Of a stretch of 64,000 nucleotides of DNA, positions 37,760-50,922 are shown piece by piece; the first letter of the stretch is position 1; each line of letters starts with the position of its first letter. The position numbers and the translations under genes were made by a program. A model generated the notes under the pieces. That model worked only from the letters and a program-made list of their open reading frames with translations, had not been told where the DNA came from and made no database searches. The stretch comes from Octopus sinensis (lineage: Eukaryota): contig NC_042998.1 in NCBI RefSeq assembly GCF_006345805.1, positions 69,254,001 through 69,318,000 on the forward strand, written 5' to 3'.

Positions 37760-39650
37760 CAACATTTGATTAAGAGCCGTTTTATAATGTAGCTCGCTAC
37801 AAGCTGCTCAATATCTTAACTGACCAATGAAATTAAGTGAAGCTTCATAATTGTTAGTGGCGTCAGAAACCAACCAAGGGTTGTTCCGATAACGATGGGG
37901 TGTGGTGTTATCAAAATTCAAACAACTGAAAGACAGTGCCTTCCAAATATACACTTATGTTAGTGTTAATATATGTATTTCATGCGAGGAGCATTGAAAA
38001 AGAACTAATAAGAAATAATTATGTGGTGTGAAAACATACCTTCGCTTTATGACTGATATTATTTTAAACATTTTAGCAAGTTGGGAGAGGGGATAACTCA
38101 GAACGTATTTCTGACTAATTAGATTTCATTAGCGAAGTATAGATGTCACCATACCTCCTGAAATAATACTGAGAGTAACTATGATAAAAAAATAACTTAT
38201 TTACCTAAGTTTTAACATCTCCTTTGAATTAGTCACCTTGCGCAGCAATACACCGGTTCTAGCGTTCCTGCCACTTTTCGAGTCTCGGACCTTCTGCGAT
38301 TCACTCTGGATCCTGACAACGGTATTAAAACGGCGAGCTGCATTTTCATCTTGGAGAAGAGATGCAAGTCTGGCGAATGAGGCAGGTGTGGAAGCGATAT
38401 CATGTTGTCTTTGGCGAGAAACTCACGAGTGGGGAGATCTCGGCAACAGGATGCCTTGTTGCTGTGAAGAATCTAGGGACCCGGTCACTTTCGCCGAATG
38501 TCCCCCATCAAAAGCTTCAGAACATTGCAGTAGAACTCTCGACTGACGACCTGGCCCTTGGGGACGAATTCTTGATGCATTTCCTGAAGTGACGCTCATA
38601 ATACCACATTTCCTGAAGTGACGCTCATGGCTGGTCTTCCAGATTGCTCATCATCTTCCAGGGACGTTCTTCCGCTTTTGAAGCGCCCCTGTCACTCGAA
38701 ACTTTGCGTACGACCATTACCTCGTCACCATAAGCTTGCCGAAGCATACTCAGTGTCTTCATAGCAGACTTGCCAAGTTTAATGCAATATTTTACGTTGG
38801 CTCTTTGACAAAATCGCAGACTGCAGCATACATGAGATCATCAATACACAAATTTCACAACTTGCGAAGTAAACGCAGCGATATTACTCGGAACACTGCC
38901 TCATGAAAGTTACTACTAGTTCTCACTGCGCACGCAACCGTATGCTGCCATCTGTCAGCGCGCTACGGAACTAGTCCAAGAACTTCTTGATACCACCTCG
39001 TAAGTAGATATGTCTTATTGTACAGATAATCATGTATATAATATTGTAACTATAATGACTTACAACATTACGCGTGTAGGTATGGAAAAATAGCGTAATT
39101 AAAAGCAAATACGTTACCGGTTTTAATAACTTAGAGATGTCATCTGCACGAAAAATAATAGTTAGTGTTAACGTACTGAATATAATGGGTATTAAACTGA
39201 TAAGCAGAAACAATTATGTAGCAAATAAAAACATAAATATACGATGGTATATTAAGTTAACCGAACTTCTAGCTAGTTTGTAAACTGCTCAATTTCTTAG
39301 TTGACCAATGAAATTAAGTGAAGCTTCACGACTGTAGATGATATTAGAAACCAGACAATGGTAGTTACAATAACGATAGAGTATGGTATTACCAGCAAGA
39401 CAATATCTCTCGAATGTAAGCTGGTTAAGCTAGTGTTAATGTCAAGAACATTAATATACCAAGTTAATTAGAGATAACTATAAGATGCGGAAGAAATACA
39501 TTAGCTCTGTGATAGAAAAATAATAAAGTTAGCGTTAACATACTGAATGTAAGAGGCATTAAAAAAAATATAAGTAGAAATAATTCTGTGACAAAAAACA
39601 TAAATATACTTCAGTTTATTTGGTTTACCGAATTTCTAGAATCTGTGATG
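37760..39650 (+). repeat. Ancient degenerate ~350-400-bp tandem repeat interrupted by the mariner
   Basis: TGACCAATGAAATTAAGTGAAGCTTCA at ~37822 and ~39303; GTTAG(T/C)GTTAAC(G/A)TACTGAAT..AAACAT block at ~39160, ~39530 and weakly ~37960. Confidence 0.55.
38170..39000 (-). mobile_element. Internally deleted mariner transposon (pseudogenised transposase)
   Basis: 5' TIR TA|CGAGGTGGTATCAAGAAGTTCTTGGACTAG. N-terminus ..QRKYCIKLGKSAMKTLSMLRQAYGDE..RFKSGRTSLEDDEQSGRP joined to C-terminus HQEFVPKGQVVSREFYCNVLK..REFLAKDNMISLPHLPHSPDL..RCIAAQGD. 3' TIR decayed. Confidence 0.9.
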
Positions 39651-39693
39651 ATGAATAGCGAAAACTGACGGATAGAATGCTAGCGATATATAT

Positions 39694-40107
39694 ATCGTTG
39701 CTATTATGCAAAATTGTCGTCAGTCCAAAACGGTTTTTTTTTTCGTTTTTTTTTTTTTCAGAAAACGAAAAAATAGTTTCACCATTCCATTTCTTTTTAC
39801 ATTAGCAACAGTTTCAGCTTAACAATAATATTTTGTTGGGTGCATAAAATCGTAACTCCATGCATGTATGATATTTTCAGCCAGAAATATTTTTACAAAA
39901 CTGCCGGATGTGGGACTTACTACACTTTTGAAAAATGCTAAACCGTTGTATTACACTTTGACAATTTTCATATTTTGACATCTGAAGCAGCTGGAGATGT
40001 GTTAGTTTGACCAAAAGAACCGGCTTTTGCAAGCAAAAATAAATACTGAAAAAAAAATGCATTTGGCCAAATTTGGACATATGACAGTTTAACACAATAG
40101 CAACGAT
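39694..40107. mobile_element. MITE with ~35-bp imperfect TIRs
   Basis: ATCGTTGCTATTATGCAAAATTGTCGTCAGTCCAAA / TTTGGACATATGACAGTTTAACACAATAGCAACGAT; flanked by dinucleotide repeats. Confidence 0.7.
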
Positions 40108-40479
40108 GTGTGTGTGTGTTAACTGAGCTCAGTGAGCTAGGTTTCTGTAAGAACCCTACGAAACGTAAGTCGCATGGGGCCGAATCAAACTGATTTAAAT
40201 TATATGGTGGACTCTAGTTGTAAACGACAGATGACGGTTCTGCAATTTCCTGTTCAACAACGGTGCACAAATGACTTGTTTATAATGATCAAATGTTTGT
40301 GCTATACGTCTCTGCATTTCCTCCATCAAATCGGCACTCCATGGACAGGTGTACAGTGTGCCACATGGCAGATGCTGAAGTGATAGTAGAGTAACGTGAA
40401 ACGAAAGTATCTTCCTCAAGAACACACCGCAATGCTCAGTCCGGAAATCGAAGCCACGATCTTTCGTATTTGTAGGGAG

Positions 40480-40869
40480 GGAGACAGTCGATTACATCGA
40501 GCCCAGTATTTCACTGGTATTTATTTCATCGACCCCAGTATTTCACTGGTATTTATTTCATCGACCCCGAAAGGATGAAAGGCAAAATCGATCTGGCCGG
40601 AATTTGAACCCAGAACGCGAAGACGGACGAAATACCTATTTCTTTACTACCCACAAGGAGGCTAAACACAGAGAGGACAAACAAGGACAGACAAACGGAT
40701 TAAGTCGATTACATCGACCCCAGTGCGTAACTGGTACTTAATTTATCGACCCCGAAAGGATGAAAGGCAAAGTCGACCTCGGCGAAATTTGAACTCAGAA
40801 CGTAACGGCAGACGAAATACGGCTACGCATTTCGCCCGGCGTGCTAACGATTGTGCCAGCTCGCCGCCT
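40480..40869 (-). mobile_element. SINE B dimer with an internal 32-bp tandem duplication
   Basis: Junction AAAGAAATA|GGTATTTCG (minus strand) at ~40635; CATCGA.CCCAGTATTTCACTGGTATTTATTT repeated at ~40495-40558. Confidence 0.85.
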
Positions 40870-42346
40870 TAATAATAATAATAACCTTCCCATGATAAAA
40901 CATCTGTTTCAACACAGGATTTTACATTAAGAATCTTGCAGAACAAATACGTGTGTATAAACATATATAGAAAGAGAGAGTGAGAGAAACAGAGGGGAGA
41001 CGAACATAGAATAAATAAAATAGGGTAGGACTTCAATGATAAATGGCCTCTGTGTGAAACCGGCAAAAAGCAAACGGCAACGAAAGATAAAGAGAGGTTA
41101 AATCGAAAGAAGCATGTTTATGCACTGAGAGGAGATTCATTCTAATTGGTGGGGTATAGAGATAGAAAAGAAAATCGGTTAGAAAAAGATAGATAGATAT
41201 GAAGAGTGAGTGAGGAAGAGAGTGGTAAAATTGATAAGGATAAACAGACAGATTGAGAGAAGTATTGAATGAATATTAAGGAAATAAATGGTTTGTTTAT
41301 TAGCAGGCGATGTTGGTGGTTGTAGAAAGAGGATTTTAAAAGGGGAATAAAAATGAGAATAAAATAAAAGAGGTTTGTAGAACAGAACAGTAAAAGCAAT
41401 TTCAGCTGCGAAAATTTGTTTGTAAATAAACGGATGTTGTTATTACTGTTGCATGAACTTGGGATACAGATGGCTCAAGTCAAATACAGCATTTCGAAAG
41501 CAGCCCTCGTTCGTAGTCGTACATAGTAACGTAACCTAATCTAGAATATTCCAGTTATGTACTTATAAGAGTGACTAGATGAAACCTTTGAAATCGGAGA
41601 TGTCAGTTTTGTTGATGAGGGCAAAAAAAAAAAAAAGAAAAAAAAGTGAAAATCCCAACTTATCTATAGTTTCTGAATTGAATTATCCTAGAGTAATGTT
41701 CTCAGCCTCAAATCGACATTGATATTGGTAGTAAATATAGAAATATACACCCGGCTCACAAATATACGTGCCTTCTGTCAATGAATAGAAGCAGCAGCAG
41801 TAGTAGCTACGGCAGCAGCAGTTAGGGTTTCCTTCTTACGGGTCAAGTTTCTCACTTACCCCAAATGCTTTAAAAACTAATGTACATTTTTAAATGATTT
41901 CACGAAAAGTAAAACAAAACGTGTAAGAATCTAGTAATTTTTAGAACAAAATGTAACATTTTTTCTTCTCAAATCTGGCTTCTCGAAATAAACTACAGAA
42001 CTTCTTTCTTATCTGTAAGTTTAACCAAAGCATAAAACTCGTTAAGTCTAATTAAGCTGTACTATATCAGGAAAGGAACTGTTCGTCTTTAAATCCTCCC
42101 CGAAACATCTGCCTATCTCGATATCGCCTGCCATGTCTCTTGGGAGGGATACACTGAAGAGATATTACTTTCCTGCAGGAGTTTCGGAACCTAAGGTTTC
42201 TTTTTTTCTTTTCTATTTATTTTCCTTCTTAATGATGGAAAGTAAGGAGCTGTGATGCATACAGTTTTGTCAGTGGCCTAAAGGCATGTCAAGTGAAATG
42301 GTTACATCTCGGAATCGAAACCTGATCGTAAACTTAGCTCGAAATG

Positions 42347-42716
42347 AAAGGCGGCAAGCTGGCAGAAGCGTTAGCACACCGGGCGAAATGCTTAGTGGTA
42401 TTTCGTCTGTCTTTACATTCTGAGTTCAAATTCCGCCGAGGTCGACTTTGCCTTTCATCCTTTCGGGGTCGATAAATTAAGTACCAGTTACGCACTTGGA
42501 TCGATGTAATCAACTTAACCCCTTTGTCTGTCCTTGTTTGTCCCCTCTATCTTTAGCCCTTTGTGGGTAATAAAGAAATAAGAAACGTTAGCTGTATTTC
42601 GTCTGTCTTTTTGTTCTGAGTTCAAATTCCACCGAGGTCGACTTTACTTTCATCTTCTCGGGGTCGATAAATTAAATACCAAAATCTCGGGCCTTGTTCC
42701 TAGAGCAGAAAAGATA
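42347..42716 (+). mobile_element. SINE B dimer (tail 1 + tail 2)
   Basis: Junction AAAGAAATAA|GAAACGTTAGC at ~42580. Confidence 0.85.
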
Positions 42717-43118
42717 TGAATTTATTTCTTCTATAGAACTTGTAACATATTTTGTCACTGCTGGCGTTTCATACTTTCCCTTCTCTCATTCACTCACGTA
42801 GTCACTTCTGAAAACAAGACGTTATTTTCCATTTATGTATAAACATACAGCACACCATTACTTCATATAAAGCAGCAGATACACAATTATTCTCCCTAGT
42901 TGAAGTTGCTGTACCACATGCTTCTTGAATAGATGCTCCAGGTCACACTGCCATAATGCAGCGCACTAAGAACGCAAGCTCTGTAGATTCCAACCTTGGC
43001 GTGCACCGTTAACTTAGTGTTCTTTCACAACTCATTGCGGCTGACGCGCACGCGCACACATGCACGCACACTCACATTATAATATCACGTGACAATGTGA
43101 CTATTAGATGTTGTTATA

Positions 43119-43575
43119 CAGTAATCACACGCCATATTGCGGTTCACCTATCGCACCTTCACTACATCGCGGACTTTTGTGGCTAATGTATGTAGATTTA
43201 TATCGCGGACTCCTCAGTATATCGCGGGTTTCTGCGACCGATAGATATTTATATTTTTTTTATTTAAATTATTACTGTGGTAAAATAAGCATTTTCACGC
43301 CTAAAAATTAATAAATAGAAATACAGTACAGCACTGCACTGCACTGTATAAGACATTAATGAAAATATATTAAAAGAAAATACGTAGTGTACCGGAGATA
43401 AATAAAGAATCGCACATACTGTATGGCAAACGAAACTCGGGAGGCAAGTGTGCGGTGTTGTTTTGCATTTATAATAAAATAAATATATATAGATAATAAT
43501 AATAATAATAAATATACAGTACAATATTGTTTCTACTTCGTGGAATTTCATCTATCGCGCGGGGTTTTAGAACGT
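43119..43575. mobile_element. Tigger/pogo-like non-autonomous DNA transposon, right end truncated
   Basis: TA|CAGTAATCACACGCCATATTGCGGTTCACCTATCGC start, repeated ATCGCGG subterminal motifs, ends ..GAACGTAACACCC. Confidence 0.6.
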
Positions 43576-43848
43576 AACACCCACCAGTCATGATGTGCTT
43601 TGCATCATTTTTACCTTTCGTATGATGCCACCACACTGGTTAGGCGAGCAAGCTAACTTCCCACTGATCAGAAGGCTATTCTGTCGCAGGGTGACCCATT
43701 TACGGTTGAGTGGACTGAATCAACGTGAAATAAAGTCTTTTACTGAAAAAAAAACACATCGCGCCGCCTAGTCCTGGAATCGAAGCTACGATTTAGTGAT
43801 CGTGAGTGCACCACCTTAACCACCAGGCCACACTTCTAGTGGTTAGGG

Positions 43849-43909
43849 CAGTGGTTCCCAACCTAGAGTCCACAAAAGTAGTATTGGGGATCTGTGAAGT
43901 AAATTCAAA

Positions 43910-43946
<37 letters not shown>

Positions 43947-44263
43947 TTACAGATATATTTCTTTATTCTCCACAGGGGGGTAAACATAGAGGCGACAAGC
44001 AAGGACAGCAAGTCGATTACATCAGCCCCAGTGCGTAACTGGTACTTATTTAATCGACCCCGAGAGGATGGAAGGCAAAGTCGACATCGGCGGAATTTGA
44101 ACTCAGAACGTAACGGCAGGAGAAATACCGCTACGCATTTCGGCCAGCGTGTTAACGATTCTGCCAGCTCGCCGCCCTATATACATACATATATATACAT
44201 AAGAATAAGTATATTAAAAGGGGTCTGTGGGAAAGTCATTTAAATAAAAGGGTTGGGCACCAC
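43849..44263. mobile_element. hAT-type MITE hosting a SINE B (tail 1, minus strand, ~43955-44180)
   Basis: CAGTGGTTCCCAACC / GGTTGGGCACCAC termini; TSD-like GGTTAGGG (43841-43848) / GGTTAGGA (44264-44271). Confidence 0.7.
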
Positions 44264-44685
44264 GGTTAGGATGTTAAATATAATACCTGATTCTTGCGTT
44301 TTCATATTTCCTTATTAAGTTCCTCGGTCAATCTACCTTTCCAGGGACTCTCCTAATACATTGTGAAAGAGATTTTTTCCCGGACGAAAACTGCATCGAG
44401 CTAGTTTTTATATGTCTCCATTGAAAGACGAGCTAGTTTTTGATGGAGTTTCTCTATATGTCTTCATTGAAGTCTAATGTCGGCTCCGTACCGATTAGAT
44501 AGCACTTCTTTTGTCTTTCATAGTTGACTTCGCTTATTCACAAAATACACACACTAGACATAAACTTCTTCCACAAAGGTTAGCAACTTTCTGTTAAATA
44601 AAAGCATTTTTTTTAATGTTTAAAAACTTTTGAAAAAAAAAGCATTTTTTTATTACTGTAACTGTATCAAGTAATTTTACAAAAG

Positions 44686-44761
<76 letters not shown>

Positions 44762-45769
44762 AAAATAAAGTATGAGAGATTGGTTATGAGATGTTTTGTA
44801 ATAAGCGGTATCTTTTGTTCTGTTTTATATTCTGCGTAACACTCAAACCCAAGATTCATAACAAACAACAGGAATACAATAATACGAACGGGAATACCCA
44901 TCAAATTTCAAATACCGGTTATTTGTCGCGGAATTTAAAGCTTAAATTGCACCAGATAAACACGCACGCACGCACGCACGCACAAGCTCGTACATACATA
45001 CGTTACGAACAGCATATAGAGTGCAATCCTTTCACCTGTGACTGGTGATCGATTACATTGTCATGTAACACCGTAATCTTGACATAACTTCACGTATGTA
45101 AATTATCAAATTTACATAACAAATGCAAGTGTTGTTCACAGATTGTCAAGCTTCTCCTGTATTTATTGCTTACGTGACAGCCTGGCATGTTTGTAAGAAT
45201 GAAATTCCTTTTTTTAGTCATAGAACATTGATACGATGATGTGAAGCAGATTTACTCGTATTTCGTTATTTGGGTCGATGCCTATTTCTCACATCTTTCT
45301 CGTTCTGCTGCGCTATCTTTGGACCAAAATCAATGAACCTATGTTTCATTAACTTTAAAGAAATATATTTCATCTCCATCAATAAAATCTTTGTGGTACT
45401 TTCATGGCGTCCTCGTTCTGTATGCATAAACGATCACACAAAATGTTCTGTGAGGCATTGTGTTATATAGATAATATATATTATGTATAAATAATATATC
45501 GATAACATATTGGCAATATATTTCACCAAAATATCTCTTTTGGGCCTTGGGTCTCCATAAATATAGTTTTATCATTTACAGACGATGAACGCCATTCACA
45601 TCAAGGTTCATCTTCCATTATTATTTTTTCTCTTCATCAAAAGGTGAGGAGGTGGGGGAAAGATAACCTCATTGTGGTCGTTCGAATAATAATAAGCATT
45701 TGATAACATTTACCATGTTTATATAAAACAACTTCATTTGCATACATATATACGTGCGTGTGTGCTTAT

Positions 45770-46140
45770 AGGCTCAGACGTGACTCTGTGGTAAGAAGTT
45801 TGCTTCCTAACCGCATTGCTTCGGGTTCAATCCCGCTGCGTGGCACCTGGAGCAAGTGTATTCTGCTATGGCCTCTGGCCGATTAAAGCCTTGTGAGTGG
45901 ATCTGGTACACGGAAACTCTGTGTGTGTGTGTGTGTGTGTTTATTTATTCCGCAACACCGCTTGATAACCGGTGTTGGTGTATTTACATCCCGGTAACTT
46001 TGCGGTTCGGCAAAAGACACCAATAGAATAAGTACCCGGTTTCAAAAGATAATACGTACTGGGGTCGATTCATTGGACTAAAAATTCTTCAAGGCAGTGC
46101 CCCAGCATGGCCACAGTCTAATGAATCAAACAAGTAAAAG
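45770..46140 (+). mobile_element. SINE A
   Basis: Standard architecture. Confidence 0.85.
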
Positions 46141-47169
46141 ATTACTCTGGGTAACACGATTTTTGTCCTTGAGTAGCAACTGTTACTTCCAAGTTGCCCA
46201 CCCCTAGAAAGTATGGAAAATGGCTAATATTTCCTTCCAGCTTTTGCTTTTGTTGCACTTATTCAAACCCCAAAGAATCTCTCCCAACCCATGGCTATGA
46301 TGCTCCCCTACTATACCTGCTTATCATCAGAGATGCACATATGGTCATCTGGTTAAAGTCAAGCAATTGACAAGCAAATCTGTGGTATTGAGCAGAATAT
46401 TTGTTATAACGATATTTCTGCTTCAGCAACTCGGCACCGAATCTGTCAATGTAATGGGAAAACAGGTCAGTTTCAAAACCTTGATGTCCAAATGACAAAA
46501 GCGAAGTTTGAAGGGGAAAGTGGTCATTTCCTTGGATTTCTAGATAGAGGCAAACAGGAAACAACACTTACTGTGAAGTCAATTATGTAATGACATGAAA
46601 TTAGTTACCTGATTGTAAGAATTCAAATAAAGTAGCCCCGAAAAGGGCTTTAATGCGTTCCCAGACTATATAGAACTCAGGCGGAAATACTAATAAGGTA
46701 TGTATACTAAAATCGTGAAGCATGTTATGTAATAACAGGCTAATCAGATATGAGATAATAACAATTCAAAGTAAATCACTCTGAAAAGGACTTTTGTGCG
46801 TTCCCAGAGAATATTTCCCTCAGGAGCGCTAGTGTTGTTGTATTCGTGAATAAGTCACTAACCGAAATAAGTGGATCTATTGTTTATGAAAATACTATTT
46901 ACTCGTTTAAGGGTTGTACTTGATAAATTACGAAAATAACTCTAACAGTTCAAATACTAAGAAATAAGCATACTCAATTTGATATATTCCAAATGATTTA
47001 GGAAAATGAATGGATTATTTCCCTTGGCTATATATGAGGATTCCTTCCAAGGGTTAATGGGTTATTTCCCTTGGCTTTTAAAATAAAATATATTAGATAT
47101 ATATAAAGATCTATTCCAGGGGCCCTATTATCGATTTTTTTCAACAACCTGAGTATGCCATAAGGTTTC

Positions 47170-47271
47170 CAGTGTCAAATTTCATCAAAATCGATAAAAC
47201 AATGTAGGAGGAGTTAGCTAACAACTTCACAAACATATCCACAAATAGAATTTCCCACATCTGTAGTAGAT
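47170..47271 (+). mobile_element. Possible Helitron/Helentron-associated (HINE-like) 3' fragment
   Basis: AAATTTCATCAAAATCG..GTAGGAGGAGTTAGC..ACAAAC..TAGAT resembles such ends; short and diverged. Confidence 0.35.
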
Positions 47272-47848
47272 CTATATTGTACAGGCATCACTTGAAAGAA
47301 AGTAAGACCTTTCACAAAAATGGCGGGTCGTCGCCTTCGCTTGTGTGAGACTTTCGATCAGGCGACGGCAAAACTCGAAGACGAGTTTGCAGCTATCATG
47401 TAAATATATACATATAATATTTGTCTACACACACACAAACACATGAGTGTATATATACGTACATACCTACATACGTATACACACACACACACACATGAGT
47501 GTATATATACATACATACCTACATACGTACACACACACATACACACACACACTCTCTTTTGTTGTGCTACTAAACTTCTTCAATGTTTTACATATATTCA
47601 CAGTAGCATTAATGTAATTATAATTTCCCAATTAGCCTCCTCCTTTCTAGTTTTCGGAAGCTCAGCTTTTCAATATTTTGGCTGAGACGGTTAGTCTCAC
47701 ATCCCAGTTTTACAATAATTACAAGTATAGATCTAAAATTACAATTTTCGTGGATTAACGGCAGTTCGACATTGATGTTTTTCGTCTTTATTAATCTTAA
47801 ATAATAATAATAATAATAATAATAATATTAGTAATAATATTAGTAATA

Positions 47849-48403
47849 AATGCCCTGATGCAGTATCAGGCACTGTCTCTCATGGCTTCTCATCTTAACT
47901 GATTGGAAGTGTTATCATGCACATTGTTTTGTCTTGGTATAAAAGATGGACTACAGCAAATATTCTGCTCAATACCACAGATTTGCTTGTCAGTTGTTTG
48001 ACCTTAAACAGCTAAGCATGACCCTTAGTGGCTGACGATATATACGTCTCTGATCGCGAGCAGAAGTAGTGGGGGAGCATCATAGCTCTGTGTTGAAAGA
48101 AATTCTTAGAGGTTTGGATAATCCACCTTTGGAAACGTGTGGTTCGTTCAACATCCTTAAACAACCCTTATTCAGGAACCGTTTAAGCAGGATGGGCTAT
48201 CGACCAGAAGAAAATTCTAACTGGGCCCCACCTGCAAGGTCATGCGCTGTTTATCTTGATATTAGAACACCATGTCGCCCACATATGGTCGTGATGCATG
48301 TGCCTAGTGTACCTTTATCAGACGGGTAGTCATGATGGGTATACTGGGCTTCATATATTTGTACCTCAGTGTTACTTTGATAGCATACGCTACTCTCTCA
48401 CTC
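47849..48403. mobile_element. ~555-bp non-coding interspersed element embedded in a (TAA)n microsatellite
   Basis: (TAA)n on both sides (47802-47848, 48404-48431); partial inverted homologue at ~46275-46410. Confidence 0.65.
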
Positions 48404-48559
48404 AATAATAATAATAATAATAATAATAATAGCGACTGAAGTAGTATTAATACCATAAGGTAAACTTGATCTCCAACTTAATGTGGATGTTGTGTTAGAA
48501 CACGAAATACTGCGTTATCTACCTTGGGAGTACCTCTCGCATGAACTCATGATGCATAA

Positions 48560-49953
48560 AAGCACTCGTGTTTATATCGTTGACAGACGAGAACCGTCTA
48601 TTATGGCTGCCAGAACTGCCAGATCACGTGGTTTGTCAAAATTGCAGGGCCTTAAAACATAATATTGACATCTTCTGGATTTTCACTACCGCGTATAGTT
48701 TCTTTCCTCTGTCTCGGATCATTATGCTTGGTCTGTCATGTTTGCCTTCATAGAAGTCTTGATAGAAACATTCCACCGGCATTCTTTCATCAGTGATCTC
48801 TTCAACATCACTGTAATGTCTTTATCTTCAGGATTATCTTTCCTTTGGATTGCATTGTACAATGATTTGGACTCCTCCAACCTCATACGTAGAAAATGCT
48901 GTGATGATATTTTCACGTGGTCTACATCAATCGCCACATTTAAGAGCTTTACCCGCATCCCTATTTCTTTCGTGTAGCAGTTGTTTTGTTTGTCTTTTTC
49001 TTTTTGCTATTATTTCTTGCTTCTGTATTGCAAAGCCATATCCTTCGAAGAGCTGATATCCCTGTTGTTAATCCACGATAGATTACTTTGGCAATCGATG
49101 TTGCTGTCACTTTGAAACTTTATGCGCCATGCACGATCTTTTGCTGGTATGCATTACAGCTTCTCTTCAGGTGAAGTGTTACGGTAGAATCGTACAACGT
49201 GTGTGTGTGTGTGTGGGGGGGGGGGTTAGGGGTGTTGCACACACGATCATGAGATTGCGGTTTCGATCCTCAGACCAGCTGCACGTTGTGTTCTTGAGCA
49301 AAATACTTCATTTCACGTTGCCGCAGTCCACTCAACTGCAAATGGATCACCTTGCGACGGATTAACCTAGTCAATGGGGTGGCATCATTCGAAAGCTAAA
49401 CCGATACGAAGTGCATTGTGACCAGCGATGTATAACAACATCCGATAGCCTGGTCGATCACGTGATATATAAATAAATAGCTTTAGTTAGGGAATATTTT
49501 TTGAGAGGCTCCTTTCCAACTCACGTGATGTTATCTCTCACATGCATACAACCATAATCCATGGCTGGACTTCGACATTTGGTGGTTAACAGTCGCAATC
49601 GAAGGAATATGATGCTGTTTGGATCCACGTTAAGACTCTGATACCTTACTTTCATTTTGAGTGAAAATCAACAGCCTGAGCCCTCATTTAGCAATTGAAC
49701 GATAAATGAAGTCGAAAAGACCGTAGCATACATGAAATGGAGAACAGACGAATATTTTCTTGTTATCTAACCAAACTGTGACCATGTTCCACCTGTGCCA
49801 ATGCACTTCAGATACCGTAGTTTTTATTATTTTTTTTATCAAGTTCACATCTCCAAAACTCTTTTCTTCGCAGTTGTTGTTCAGCTGTGATGACGTCATT
49901 GCTATTAGAGAGATCCTGGAGGAATGGTTCCAGACAGCGTGTATACATTTCAT
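48560..49953 (-). pseudogene. Possible highly decayed piggyBac-like transposase relic (two pieces, SINE-interrupted)
   Basis: ..RWNMVTVWLDNKKIFVCSPFH resembles the WxDNKxVxxxS motif of DDE_Tnp_1_7; the downstream piece 48560-48960 is only weakly similar. Confidence 0.3.
49215..49467 (+). mobile_element. SINE family D head with the alternative ..GGTCGATCACGTGAT tail
   Basis: GGTTTCGATCC B-box, TTCTTGAGCAAAATACTTCATTTCACGTTG body, tail shared with 23549-23778. Confidence 0.7.
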
Positions 49954-50156
49954 ACATTAAATTCTAGCATGCGATTGGTCGATAATTGTCCGCCATGTGA
50001 GTGGCTTTGTTTTTTTCCGTTTCAGTTTTGTCTCTGCCAACACTAACCAACTTGGCATGTTTATTTGAAAGAGCTGGCTGGCTGGCTGGCTGGCTGGCAA
50101 AAGTCGCTAAGATGTGTATCTATCTACGATTATGTATGTACACAAACACACGCGTG

Positions 50157-50201
<45 letters not shown>

Positions 50202-50308
50202 TCCCTCCAAGCATTAAGCTGATGCAACATTTGTTAAAACTTGTCCCTCCTCTGTTGGTTTTGTTTTTTTTCCTTTTTATGTTCGTTACCTTCATTATAT
50301 ATTTATGC

Positions 50309-50345
<37 letters not shown>

Positions 50346-50854
50346 CGTGCTTTCATATAGATATATATTACTCAGACACACACACACACACACACACCAG
50401 AATGAAGTCGACTTTTCAATTGTTTCATGCTTTAGACATAGACCGTGCTTAGCGTCATGAATAAATTAGTTAATATTTCATTATTTGTTTTATTGAGTGG
50501 TTGATAGGTAGATAGTAACATTTGTATTTCTTTTGAGTTTCCTGTCAGCCAAATACTCTTATGCAATGCTACTGAGTACTGAACTAATTGCCGAAACTGT
50601 AAAGATCTCTTACTTGGCTGGAGATAAACATATATATATATAGTCCACAGATGAGATTCAGAGATTCTCAATATGGATGATACTTTGTAGTGCTTGCGTG
50701 ATTCACACTTAAATTCTGGTGTCCTTACAGTGGACAAATTCTACGGGGTAAAGAATGGCTATAAGAGGGATCAGGTTGAGCAGATATAGAGGCAATTATG
50801 CGGATAAATAAATTAGGTATATTAGATGTAACAGTTTGGGTATGAAATACAAAA

Positions 50855-50922
<68 letters not shown>

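Noticed and set aside
40495-40870. Regularly recurring GGGGTCGAT..TCGAC units resembling a CRISPR-like array
   Set aside because: Explained by SINE B multimers and an internal duplication; no unique spacers, no cas genes, eukaryotic context.
42095-42170. GAAAC...GUC...CUGAAGA in type II hammerhead order
   Set aside because: Stems I and II cannot form; treated as chance.
45581-45650. Possible exon TTTACAG|ACGATG...AAG|GTGAGG
   Set aside because: Splice-like ends, but the phase-1 translation (DDERHSHQGSSS..) has no ankyrin similarity; unsupported as exon 2.
47320-47403. Short ORF MAGRRLRLCETFDQATAKLEDEFAAIM
   Set aside because: 27 codons with no recognisable domain; may be a transposase start relic but cannot be supported.
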